Shown here in pieces: positions 1-8,650 of a stretch of DNA of 31,044 nt. The notes under the pieces are model-generated. The model saw only the letters and a program-made list of their open reading frames with translations, did not search any database and had not been told where the DNA came from. Location: IMG/VR virus record IMGVR_UViG_3300009095_000047, positions 1-31,044 of that record; one strand, 5' to 3'. This stretch comes from a virus. Its lineage: Duplodnaviria > Caudoviricetes. Both the position numbers and the translations under genes were made by a program. Each line of letters begins with the position of its first letter. Positions within the stretch are counted from its first letter, which is position 1.

Positions 1-72
1 CCCATTTGGACAATAAATCGCATGGTTTGAATCGGCAACCGCTAATCAAACCCGAATCAAAGAGGCTCGAAC

Positions 73-408
73 ATGCCCCGTGGAGGCTCTAGACCAGGCG
101 CAGGGCGCAAGAAAGCGCTGGTGAAGGCAGAACCACGTCCCGATAAGGTGGAGCCGACCCTAGAGGCTCCTGTGAGCGATGTGCCGGTCACTGTCAAGAC
201 ACCCCTGCAGTACATGCTGGACGTGATGAACGACCCGGGCGCCGATGAGCGGCTGCGTTCGCAGATGGCCGTAGCAGCGGCGCCGTACATGCACGCCAAG
301 AAGGGCGAGGGCGGGAAGAAGGACGAGCAGGCCGACAAGGCGAAGCAGGCGGCGGGAGGTCGATTCAAGCCGGCCGCGCCGCCGCTGAAACTGGTTGCGC
401 GTCGATAG
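73..408 (+). CDS. terS: Terminase small subunit
   Basis: N-terminal MPRGGSRPGAGRK, PLQYMLDVMND...AAAPYMHAK motif typical of small terminases; GAGG RBS upstream; abuts terL. Confidence 0.85.
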   Translation: MPRGGSRPGAGRKKALVKAEPRPDKVEPTLEAPVSDVPVTVKTPLQYMLDVMNDPGADERLRSQMAVAAAPYMHAKKGEGGKKDEQADKAKQAAGGRFKPAAPPLKLVARR

Positions 409-2091
409 ATGCCCGAGTGGAGTACAGCCTGCCCTGACTGGGCGGCTCGACTGCGCGCGGGCGAATCCATCATCCCGCCGCCGATTTTCCCGGAGCAGGC
501 GGCGACCGCCCTAGCCGTTTTCAAAGAACTGCGGATCGTCGATGCTCCTGGAAGCCCGACATTCGGCGAATGCTGTGCGCCATGGGTGTTTGACCTTGTG
601 GCAAGCATATTCGGCGCCTATGACGCGGAGAGTGGGCGCCGGCTCATAACTGAATGGTTTGTGCTGGTCCCGAAGAAGAACAGCAAATCAACCATCGCAG
701 CTGGAATCATGATGACGGCGCTGATACTGAATTGGCGCCAGTCGGCTGAATTTAGTATCTTGGCGCCGACTGTCGAGGTTGCGAATAACTCGTTCGGCCC
801 GGCTCGGGATATGTGCTCCGAGCGCTCAGACGACGAGCTGGCGGCGCTGATGCACGCGCAGACGCACGTCAAGACGATCACGAACCGGGAAAGCGGGGCC
901 AGCCTGAAGGTGCTGGCGGCTGACTCGAATACGGTCGGCGGCAAGAAGGGCGTCGGAACCCTTGTTGATGAGTTGTGGCTGTTCGGTAAGGTGGCGAATG
1001 CCGAGAACATGCTGCGCGAAGCGACAGGCGGCCTGGCAAGCCGGCCGGAGGGCTTCACCATCTTCCTGACGACGCAATCTGACGACCCGCCGGCTGGCGT
1101 CTTTGCCCAGAAGCTGAAGTACGCGCGGGATGTCAGGGACGGCAAAGTCCATGACCCGCGCTTCGTGCCGATCATCTACGAATTCCCGGAGGCCATGATT
1201 CAGGCCGGCGAGCACCGCAAGCCTGAGAACTTCGGGATAGTCAACCCAAATCTGAACTACTCGGTTGATAGGGAATTCCTAGAACGCGAGTTCAAGAAGG
1301 CCGAGAACGACGGCGAAGAGTCCATGCGAGGATTCCTCGCCAAGCACCTGAACGTAGAAATCGGCCTGTCGCTGCAATCAGACCGTTGGGCCGGGGCTGA
1401 CTATTGGGAACAGCAGGCAGACAAGAGCCTGACACTCGACTCGCTGCTGAGCCGCTGTGAAGTTGTCGTCGTCGGCATTGACGGCGGCGGGCTGGATGAC
1501 TTGCTGGGGCTGTCGGTGATTGGCCGCGAGCGTGGCACGCAACGGTGGCTGCACTGGGCGCATGCCTGGGCGCATTCCATCGTGCTCGAGCGGCGCAAGG
1601 ACATCGCGCCGCGGTTGCGAGACTTCGAGCGCGATGGGGATCTGACCATCGTTGACATGCCAGGCGAGGATGTTGACCAAGTGGCCGACATCGTTTGCAG
1701 GATTCGAGAAAAGCGCCTCTTGCCTGAAACCAATGCCATCGGGGTCGATGCGGCCGGAATCGGTGACGTGGTGGATGAACTCACAACGAAGGCCAGGAAC
1801 ATCAAGATGGAGATGATCGTCGCCATCAGCCAGGGCTGGAAGCTCAACGGGGCCATCAAGACAACCGAACGAAAGTTGGCCGGCAAGGAATTCGTCCACG
1901 GCGGCAGTCGGCTGATGAACTGGTGCGCCGGCAATGCCCGCATCGTCCAGAACGGAAACGCCATCTCGATCACGAAGCAGGCGTCAGGGAACGCTAAGAT
2001 CGATCCGCTGATGTCCACCTTCGACGCCGCATCGCTGATGGCGCTGAACCCGGCGAGCGCGGAGAAGAAGTTCCAAGTGATGTTCGTCTAA
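409..2091 (+). CDS. terL: Terminase large subunit (Terminase_1-like)
   Basis: Walker A-like VPKKNSKST, Walker B LVDELW, nuclease motif VVGIDGGGLDDL, C-terminal KIDPLMS. Confidence 0.96.
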   Translation: MPEWSTACPDWAARLRAGESIIPPPIFPEQAATALAVFKELRIVDAPGSPTFGECCAPWVFDLVASIFGAYDAESGRRLITEWFVLVPKKNSKSTIAAGIMMTALILNWRQSAEFSILAPTVEVANNSFGPARDMCSERSDDELAALMHAQTHVKTITNRESGASLKVLAADSNTVGGKKGVGTLVDELWLFGKVANAENMLREATGGLASRPEGFTIFLTTQSDDPPAGVFAQKLKYARDVRDGKVHDPRFVPIIYEFPEAMIQAGEHRKPENFGIVNPNLNYSVDREFLEREFKKAENDGEESMRGFLAKHLNVEIGLSLQSDRWAGADYWEQQADKSLTLDSLLSRCEVVVVGIDGGGLDDLLGLSVIGRERGTQRWLHWAHAWAHSIVLERRKDIAPRLRDFERDGDLTIVDMPGEDVDQVADIVCRIREKRLLPETNAIGVDAAGIGDVVDELTTKARNIKMEMIVAISQGWKLNGAIKTTERKLAGKEFVHGGSRLMNWCAGNARIVQNGNAISITKQASGNAKIDPLMSTFDAASLMALNPASAEKKFQVMFV

Positions 2092-2125
2092 GTCTCCTCT
2101 GTGATCGCGGTCCACGCGATGCTTT

Positions 2126-2153
2126 GGCCCGCCTCGCGCGGGCCTTTTCTTTT
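2126..2153 (+). terminator. Intrinsic terminator-like hairpin after terL
   Basis: GGCCCGC-ctcgc-GCGGGCC followed by TTTTCTTTT; a second hairpin ATCGCG-gtcca-CGCGAT lies at 2104-2120. Confidence 0.7.
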
Positions 2154-2164
2154 CGGATGCAGCC

Positions 2165-4123
2165 ATGAATCGAGCCTACTCACTGCTTGAGGTAAAGACG
2201 ATCACGTCCAACTCGGACGAATGGGTGATCGAAGGCATTGCTTCGACCCCGAACGCCGACCGCATGAGCGACGTGGTCGAGCCCATGGGCGCCGTGTTCA
2301 AACTGCCCATGCCCCTGCTGTGGCAGCACAATGCCGACAAGCCCGTGGGCAATGTCCGCTTTGCCAAGCCCACGAAGGACGGAATTCCCTACGTTGCCAC
2401 GCTGCCTAAGGTCAAGGAAGCCGGAGCGCTGAAGGACCGCATCGATGAAGCGGTGCAGTCGATCAAGTATCGGCTGGTGGCCGCAGTCTCAATTGGCTTT
2501 CGGGCGATGAAAGACGGCGTCGAGCCTCTGAAGTCCGGCGGGCTGCGGTTCACCAAGTGGGAGTGGATGGAACTCTCCCTGGTGACGATTCCGGCAAACG
2601 CGGACGCAACCATCACCTCAATCAAGTCTTTGGACGCAGCACTGCTAGCCTCGTCAGGCCGCAAGGTGGTGCTGAGTCCACATCCGCCTGACGTTTCAGG
2701 CGCCAAGAAGCAACCGGCCCAGGCCGGTTTTTTTACGTCTGAACGGAACCCGAAAGGGACTCAAGTGAAAACGATCCAAGAACTGCGCGAAGCGCGCACC
2801 ACGAAGGCCGCCCGCATGGGTGAGCTGATGCAGATGAAGAAGGAAGGCCAATTCGGCGATGCCGAGCGTGCCGAATTCGATGAACTGGATGGCGCACTCG
2901 TCACCATCGACGACGAAATCCGCGAGCTGAACTTCCACGCCCGCAACGCCAGCGGCGCCCGCGAAGTGCGCGGCGCCACGCAGAACCAGGCCAGCCAGTC
3001 GCGCAGCCGCACCGCCCCGACGAGCTTCGGCCAGCCCGACGACGCTTTCGCCGGCCAGTCCTTCGTGCGTCGTTGCATCGCGCAGGCGCTCGCCGGACTC
3101 AACCACTCCAGCAAAGAGCACATCGCCGAGCAGCGTTGGGGCAAGAGCCACCCGCAACTGGTCGAGTGGATCAAGGCCGACGTGACGGGCGGCGGTTCGG
3201 GTTCGGGCGAGTGGGGCGCGGAACTGGTGAGCGCGGACAACCGCTTCACCGGCGACTTCATCACCTACCTGTACAGCCAGACCGTCTTCGACAGCCTGCC
3301 GCTGCGCTCGGTGCCGGCCCATGTGACAATCAAGGGTCAGGACGGTGTTGCCACGGCGAACTGGGTCGGTGAGTCGAAGCCCATCCCGGCGTCTGCGCAG
3401 GACTACTCTTCGGTGTCTCTGACCCCGCTGAAGGTCGCCGCGCTGTCGGTGGTGTCGAACGAACTGCTGCGCGATTCTTCGCCGTCGGCCGAAATGCTGG
3501 TGCGCGACGCACTGGTTGAAGCCTCGGCGCAGAAGATCGACACGCACTTCTTCAGCACCACGGCTGCGTCTAACGGCGTTTCGCCTGCCGGCATCCTGAA
3601 CGGGGTGACGATTGGCTCCAGTGGCGGCGCGACGGAAGCGGAACTGATCGGCGACATCGTTGGCCTGACCCGCCCGTTCATCACCGCCAAGTACCGTTTG
3701 GCGAATCTGGTGTGGGTGACGAATCCGCTGATCGCCATGCAGATCTCGCTGATGCGCAATGCTCTTGGGCAGAACGCATTCCCGTCGATGTCTGCTGAAG
3801 GCGGCACGCTGGAAGGCCGGCGCGTCTACCAAGGCCACAACGTCGGCACCGGCGATCTGATCCTGATGAGCCCGATGGACATCTGGAAGATCGGCAACGG
3901 CGGCGTCACGGTCGAGGTGAGCCGCGAGGCCAGCATCGAGCAGGACGACACGCCCACTGGTGCGTCTGACTCGCCGACGGGTGTTTCGACCAAGGTGGTC
4001 AGCATGTTCCAGTCCGAGTCCACCGCCTTCAAGGTGGTCCGTTCGATCAACTGGCAGAAGCGCCGCACGGGTGCCGTGCAGTACATCGGCAATGCCACCT
4101 ACGGCGATCTCAACTCGGTATGA
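2165..4123 (+). CDS. Fused HK97-type prohead protease (Peptidase_S78) and major capsid protein
   Basis: Protease motifs IEGIAST..DR..D, LLWQH, VSIGF, WMELSLVTIPANADA in the first ~160 aa; HK97-fold capsid motifs A.WVGE, LTPLKVAAL..VSNELLRDS, PAGILN, SMFQ afterwards. Confidence 0.93.
   Translation: MNRAYSLLEVKTITSNSDEWVIEGIASTPNADRMSDVVEPMGAVFKLPMPLLWQHNADKPVGNVRFAKPTKDGIPYVATLPKVKEAGALKDRIDEAVQSIKYRLVAAVSIGFRAMKDGVEPLKSGGLRFTKWEWMELSLVTIPANADATITSIKSLDAALLASSGRKVVLSPHPPDVSGAKKQPAQAGFFTSERNPKGTQVKTIQELREARTTKAARMGELMQMKKEGQFGDAERAEFDELDGALVTIDDEIRELNFHARNASGAREVRGATQNQASQSRSRTAPTSFGQPDDAFAGQSFVRRCIAQALAGLNHSSKEHIAEQRWGKSHPQLVEWIKADVTGGGSGSGEWGAELVSADNRFTGDFITYLYSQTVFDSLPLRSVPAHVTIKGQDGVATANWVGESKPIPASAQDYSSVSLTPLKVAALSVVSNELLRDSSPSAEMLVRDALVEASAQKIDTHFFSTTAASNGVSPAGILNGVTIGSSGGATEAELIGDIVGLTRPFITAKYRLANLVWVTNPLIAMQISLMRNALGQNAFPSMSAEGGTLEGRRVYQGHNVGTGDLILMSPMDIWKIGNGGVTVEVSREASIEQDDTPTGASDSPTGVSTKVVSMFQSESTAFKVVRSINWQKRRTGAVQYIGNATYGDLNSV
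2712..2734 (+). terminator. Terminator-like hairpin inside the protease-capsid linker
   Basis: AACCGGC-ccag-GCCGGTT followed by a T run, within the open reading frame. Confidence 0.55.
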
Positions 4124-4196
4124 CCGAGTGATTGAAGGGGTGGGCGACCACTCCTGATACACGGCAAGGCGGCGGCACATGCTCGCCGGCCTTGCC
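4113..4196 (+). promoter_or_regulatory. Three consecutive RNA hairpins at the 3' end of the capsid gene
   Basis: ACTCGGT-atg-ACCGAGT (4113-4129), AGGGGTGG-gcga-CCACTCCT (4136-4155), GGCAAGGC...GCCTTGCC (4163-4196); no U-tract. Confidence 0.5.
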
Positions 4197-4219
4197 CCCC
4201 CAATTCCAAAGGACCGCAG

Positions 4220-4531
4220 ATGAAGCTCAAGGCACGAAAGTACATCCGCTATGCCGGCAAGCCCGTGCATGCCGGTGATGTGTTTGAAGCCCGCGATGCT
4301 GATGTGCGTGTCCTGATTGCCATCGGCACAGCCGAAAAGTACACCGAACCGCCGAAGCGCGCTGTGCCGGCGGTGTTCAAGCCGATCCCCGTCCCCGAAA
4401 TCCGCACGGTAGTCACGGCGGAATCCATCGAGACGGGACCGCAGAGCGAGGAAGCCGCCGCTGCCGCACACGAATACAGCGAAGCCCCGAAAAAGCGCTC
4501 GTACAAGCGCCGCGACATGACGGCCGAATGA
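4220..4531 (+). CDS. Small post-capsid hypothetical protein
   Basis: AAAGGA RBS; N-terminal 'Y.G..V.AGDVFE....VRVLIAIG.A' and basic C-terminal KRSYKRRDM, typical of small genes after capsid genes; ATGA overlap with portal. Confidence 0.75.
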   Translation: MKLKARKYIRYAGKPVHAGDVFEARDADVRVLIAIGTAEKYTEPPKRAVPAVFKPIPVPEIRTVVTAESIETGPQSEEAAAAAHEYSEAPKKRSYKRRDMTAE

Positions 4532-5949
4532 TGAAGCTGTTCGGCTACGAGCTTTCCCTGCGCAAGACAAAGGCGCAGAGCCTGAGCGGCGTCGATAACC
4601 GTGGCTGGCACGTCATCCAAGAATCGTTTGGCGGCGCGTGGCAGCGGGATGTTGTCATCGACAAGGAAGTCGTCCTATCGAACTGGACGGTGTTCGCCTG
4701 CATGACGCTGATTGCCGGCGACGTGGGCAAACTGCCGATGCGGTTGATGGAGCAGGTTGACGGCATCTGGCAGGAAACATCGAGCCCCGCGTTTTCCCCA
4801 GTGCTGCGCAAGCCCAACGGCTACCAGACGCGGCAGAAGTTCATCGAATCATGGGTGCTGTCCAAGCTGTCGAGCGGGAACACCTACGTCCTGAAAGAGC
4901 GCGACGCCCGCAAGGTGGTCACTGCGCTGCATGTGCTCGACCCGACGCGGGTTCGGCCGCTGGTGTCGAAGAGCGGGGACGTTTACTACGAACTGCAGGA
5001 CGACGAACTGGCGAAGTTGCCGGAAGGTCTGCCAGCCATCCCGGCGTCGGAAATCATCCATGACCGCATGTGGTGCCTGTTCCACCCGCTGGTGGGCTTG
5101 TCGCCAATCTTTGCTTGCGGGCTGGCAGCTACGCAAGGTCTGAAGATTCAGGGCAACTCGGCCAAGTTCTTCGAGAACATGAGTCGGCCCAGCGGCATCC
5201 TGACAGCGCCGTCAGAAATCAGCGACGAAACCGCTCTTCGGATGAAGACCGAATGGGAGAAGAACTTCGGCGGTGACAAAATCGGCCGCATGGCCGTGCT
5301 TGGTGACGGGCTGAAGTACGAAGCCATGTCTGTCAACCCGGTCGATGCTCAGATGGTCGAGCAGATGAAGTTGTCCGGCGAGATGGTGTGCTCGGTATTC
5401 CACGTCCCTGCCTACAAGGTAGGAGTGGGGCCGGTGCCGACCTACCAGAACGCTGAAGTGCTGAACCAGATTTACTACAGCGATGGACTGCAGGTGCAGA
5501 TCGAAGGCATCGAGGCTTTGCTGGATGAGGGTCTTGGAATCGAGACGGCCGGCTACGCAACCGAATTCGATCTTGACTACCTGTTGCGGATGGACTCGGC
5601 AACTCAAATCAAGTCACTGAATGAGGCAGTTGGCGGCGGCTGGATGTCTCCAAACGAAGCGCGGAAGAAGCGCGGCCTTCCCCCTGTCACGGGCGGCGAA
5701 ACGCCGTACCTGCAACAGCAGAACTACAGCCTTGCTGCGCTCGACAAGCGCGACCGAGGTGGCGATCCTTTCGGAACCGAAAAACAGGAACCGGCCGCGA
5801 CAACGGATGACCAGATGCGTTCTATTTCCGAGCGGGCAAGGCTGGAAGTCAAGGCAGAGATGGCCGAACAGAAGGCGATTGAAGAGCGCGCCGCACGCGA
5901 GTTTGCCGACATGCTGATTCGCAGGCTTGAAGATGAGCCCGCCGCTTGA
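4528..5949 (+). CDS. Portal protein, HK97 family
   Basis: V.ACM.LIAGDVGKLP, L.KPN.YQT, GNTYV, EIIHDR, GLSPI, FF.N..RPSGIL, FHVP..KVG, GWMSPNEAR...GLPPV.GG. Confidence 0.95.
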   Translation: MMKLFGYELSLRKTKAQSLSGVDNRGWHVIQESFGGAWQRDVVIDKEVVLSNWTVFACMTLIAGDVGKLPMRLMEQVDGIWQETSSPAFSPVLRKPNGYQTRQKFIESWVLSKLSSGNTYVLKERDARKVVTALHVLDPTRVRPLVSKSGDVYYELQDDELAKLPEGLPAIPASEIIHDRMWCLFHPLVGLSPIFACGLAATQGLKIQGNSAKFFENMSRPSGILTAPSEISDETALRMKTEWEKNFGGDKIGRMAVLGDGLKYEAMSVNPVDAQMVEQMKLSGEMVCSVFHVPAYKVGVGPVPTYQNAEVLNQIYYSDGLQVQIEGIEALLDEGLGIETAGYATEFDLDYLLRMDSATQIKSLNEAVGGGWMSPNEARKKRGLPPVTGGETPYLQQQNYSLAALDKRDRGGDPFGTEKQEPAATTDDQMRSISERARLEVKAEMAEQKAIEERAAREFADMLIRRLEDEPAA

Positions 5950-6280
5950 GCGCAAGGCTCCCCAGGCCGTCTACATCGAAGGGCCTGAAGGCGAACGCGG
6001 GCCACGCGGCCCGAAGGGCGACCGTGGCGAAACGGGGCCGAAGGGCGACAAGGGCGACAAGGGCGAGCGCGGCGATCAGGGCAGCCAAGGTGTGCCGGGC
6101 CGGGATGCCGCAGCAGCAGTGCCGGCCAGAAGGTGGCACATGGATGTCAAGCGCAACCCAGAGAACCAGCACATCACGCGCGCAGAAGTCACGGCCGACA
6201 ACGGCATGTTGGTACGCATCGTCCCAACCTATAGAAACGGTCGAATCGCTGAGGCGACTGCCGAAGTCATAGAAGCATGA
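5933..6280 (+). CDS. Short collagen-like (Gly-X-Y) protein
   Basis: 14 contiguous GXY triplets GPE-GER-GPR-GPK...GVP-GRD; ATG at 5933 preferred over TTG at 5927. Confidence 0.8.
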   Translation: MSPPLERKAPQAVYIEGPEGERGPRGPKGDRGETGPKGDKGDKGERGDQGSQGVPGRDAAAAVPARRWHMDVKRNPENQHITRAEVTADNGMLVRIVPTYRNGRIAEATAEVIEA

Positions 6281-6293
6281 AACGGAATCACCG

Positions 6294-7481
6294 ATGAGCC
6301 TCACTGCGATGGTTGATGAGATTGGCCGCGCCGTGAGCGCGTCTGTGCAGCGAGGGCTTGCGCCTATCTCACGACAGGTCGAAGAGTTGATGGCCTGGCG
6401 CAAGGCGGTGGGCGAAATCCGCAACGGCATCGATGGCGTCAAGGGTGACCGTGGCATTGACGGCAAGGATGGCGCCGCAGGGCGAGACGGCAAGGACGGA
6501 GCGAACGGCAGAGATGGCAAGGATGGAGTCCAAGGCCCTGCAGGTAAAGACGCCGCCCCCGTGGATGTCGAACAAGTCGTCGTCAAGGTCCGCGCTCTTA
6601 TCACGGACCCCAAGGACGGCCGGGATGGGCGAGATGGTGCCGACGGGCGCGATGGGGTTGACGGCAAGCCTGGATTGCCTGGCGCGAACGGCAAGGATGC
6701 CGACGCCGACGCGATAGTGGCGAAGGTACTTGCTCAGATTCCCGCACCGAAGGACGGAAAGGACGGCGCACAGGGCGTGCCAGGAAACGGCATCAAGCAA
6801 TTCGAGTACGACGCCAAAGATCACACGCTGGACATCGTCATGGACAGCGGCGAACTGTTCACGCTGCAGCTGCCGGCGCCGGAACGCGGGGAGAAGGGCG
6901 AGCCTGGCCTTGCTGGAAAAGATGGCGCCCCAGGCATCAACGGGAAGGACGGCGCTGACGGTGTTCGCGGCAAGGACGGGGAGCAGGGACTTCGCGGCGA
7001 GAAGGGTGACGTAGCAAGCCCGGAAGAAATCGCGGCTGTGGTCACGAAGGCGTGCGAGGCCATGCTGCCGGCGCTTGTGGCAAAGCAGTATGAAACATCG
7101 ATGCCGGAAATCATCGCCCGCGCGTCGGTGCTGGTGCCGCCGGGCCGCGATGGTCTGCCTGGGCGTGCCGGTACAGCCGGCGAGCCTGGCAAAGACGGCT
7201 CAAGCATTCACAGCATCGCCATCGAGCGCAGCGACAAGCGGTCCTACAACCTGATTGTGCGCGACACGGACGGCGGGCGATGGGAACTGCCGATGAAGCT
7301 TGACGGCATGGTGATGGACGCTGGGGTCCACCGCCCCGGCGAGGCATACGAGAAGGGCGACGCAGTCACGCATGGCGGCAACTACTGGGTTGCCAATGTG
7401 GACACCAAGGCATCGCCCGGCACGTCGCCTGACTGGCGTCTGGTGGTTAGGCGAGGCAAGGACGGGAAGGACGCAGAATGA
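6294..7481 (+). CDS. Collagen-repeat protein with C-terminal aromatic beta domain (CBM5/12-like); probable head or neck fibre
   Basis: Several GKD/GRD-rich GXY blocks separated by short helices; C-terminal YEKGDAVTHGGNYWVA...PG..PDWRLVV motif. Confidence 0.8.
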   Translation: MSLTAMVDEIGRAVSASVQRGLAPISRQVEELMAWRKAVGEIRNGIDGVKGDRGIDGKDGAAGRDGKDGANGRDGKDGVQGPAGKDAAPVDVEQVVVKVRALITDPKDGRDGRDGADGRDGVDGKPGLPGANGKDADADAIVAKVLAQIPAPKDGKDGAQGVPGNGIKQFEYDAKDHTLDIVMDSGELFTLQLPAPERGEKGEPGLAGKDGAPGINGKDGADGVRGKDGEQGLRGEKGDVASPEEIAAVVTKACEAMLPALVAKQYETSMPEIIARASVLVPPGRDGLPGRAGTAGEPGKDGSSIHSIAIERSDKRSYNLIVRDTDGGRWELPMKLDGMVMDAGVHRPGEAYEKGDAVTHGGNYWVANVDTKASPGTSPDWRLVVRRGKDGKDAE

Positions 7482-8098
7482 CGCCGAAGATCGTCGTTGA
7501 CGCCACCACCGAACCGATGACGCTGGCCGAGGCGCGCCTGCAATGTCGAGTTGACCCAATCGATGACCTGGACAGCGACGGCAACGGCACGCATCCAGAC
7601 GACGACTTGCTAGAGGCGCTGATTAGCGCCGCTCGGCAGTACTGCGAAAACTTTCTCGGCATCTCTCTGTCGCCGAAGATTCTGGAAATCGCGCTGGACG
7701 AATTCCCGACAACCGATGACGACTCAATCCAGTTGCCGTGTGGCCCGGTGAACGCCATTGTCAGCGTCACGGTGGGCGATGAAAGCGACTCGTTGATGGA
7801 CGCCGAAGAGTACCTTTTGGACGACTTTTCGGTTCCCAACAGGCTTCTTCCGGCGACGGTTTGGCCTACGGTTACCGCATCCGTGAATACTATCCGAATC
7901 ATCTATTCGGTTGGCTATGACGGCCCAGATTCTTCTGACGGTCCTGCAATTCCAAAGACCATCCTTCAGGCAATGAAGCTGCTGGTGGCCGACTGGTACA
8001 AGCACCGCGAAGACACGGACACGGCAGCAGAGATGCAGATCCCTAACGGTGCGCTGGCACTGCTTCGCGCGCATCGCGTGCGCCTGGGGATGGCCTGA
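7478..8098 (+). CDS. Head-tail connector (gp6-like, phiE125 gp8 family)
   Basis: EPMTLAEAR.QCRVD, DDLLEALISAAR.YCE.F, IP.TI.QAM.LLVADWY.HRE. Confidence 0.92.
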   Translation: MTPKIVVDATTEPMTLAEARLQCRVDPIDDLDSDGNGTHPDDDLLEALISAARQYCENFLGISLSPKILEIALDEFPTTDDDSIQLPCGPVNAIVSVTVGDESDSLMDAEEYLLDDFSVPNRLLPATVWPTVTASVNTIRIIYSVGYDGPDSSDGPAIPKTILQAMKLLVADWYKHREDTDTAAEMQIPNGALALLRAHRVRLGMA

Positions 8099-8650
8099 TT
8101 GCAGGCCGTGTGCTTGGCGAGCGGGCCAAGCCTGACGCCGGAGGATGTAGAGACTGTCCGCGTGTGGCGGCAAAGCGGCGGCCTGGTGATCGTGTCGAAC
8201 ACGACATTCAGGATGGCTCCGTGGGCCGATGCAGTCTTCGCCATGGATCGCAAGTGGTGGGAGTTCCACTACGAAGAGGTGCGCGAGAAGTTCGCCGGTC
8301 GCAGGCTGACCACGGCAGACCTGGGCGGGAAGTGCGAAGTCGAGAAGTTGAAGATTCAGAGCTACCGCAACAGCGGCGCCGGGTGTGTCTCTGTAGCCGT
8401 GGCGGAAGGCGCCAAAAGTGTCGTTCTAGTCGGCTATGACTGCGCCAAAGATGACGGCAAGACTCACTGGCACGGTTCGCACCCTGTCGGATTGAGCGAC
8501 GCCAGAACCATCAATGTCTGGCCGCTGATATTCGACCGGATGGCGAAGGAAATGAAACGCAAGGGTGTGCGGGTTGTGAATGCATCGCGCCGAACTGCGC
8601 TGACTTGCTTTGAACGGGTGGAATTGAGTGCCGAACTTCTTTGTCCTTGA
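8099..8650 (+). CDS. Maf/MptE-like (DUF115) fold protein, putative sugar or phosphate transferase
   Basis: CLASGPSL...IVSNT....PWAD..FAMD..WW...NSG...V..A...GAK.VVLVGYD....HWHG.H matches the GPSL/N/D/SG/LxGxD pattern of DUF115 and CstII-like folds; TTG start directly after the upstream stop. Confidence 0.65.
   Translation: MQAVCLASGPSLTPEDVETVRVWRQSGGLVIVSNTTFRMAPWADAVFAMDRKWWEFHYEEVREKFAGRRLTTADLGGKCEVEKLKIQSYRNSGAGCVSVAVAEGAKSVVLVGYDCAKDDGKTHWHGSHPVGLSDARTINVWPLIFDRMAKEMKRKGVRVVNASRRTALTCFERVELSAELLCP

Noticed and set aside
2696-4570. 624-aa minus-strand ORF, and many other long antisense ORFs across the window
   Set aside because: Shadow ORFs of GC3-biased plus-strand genes; no recognisable motifs and fully overlapping well-supported genes.
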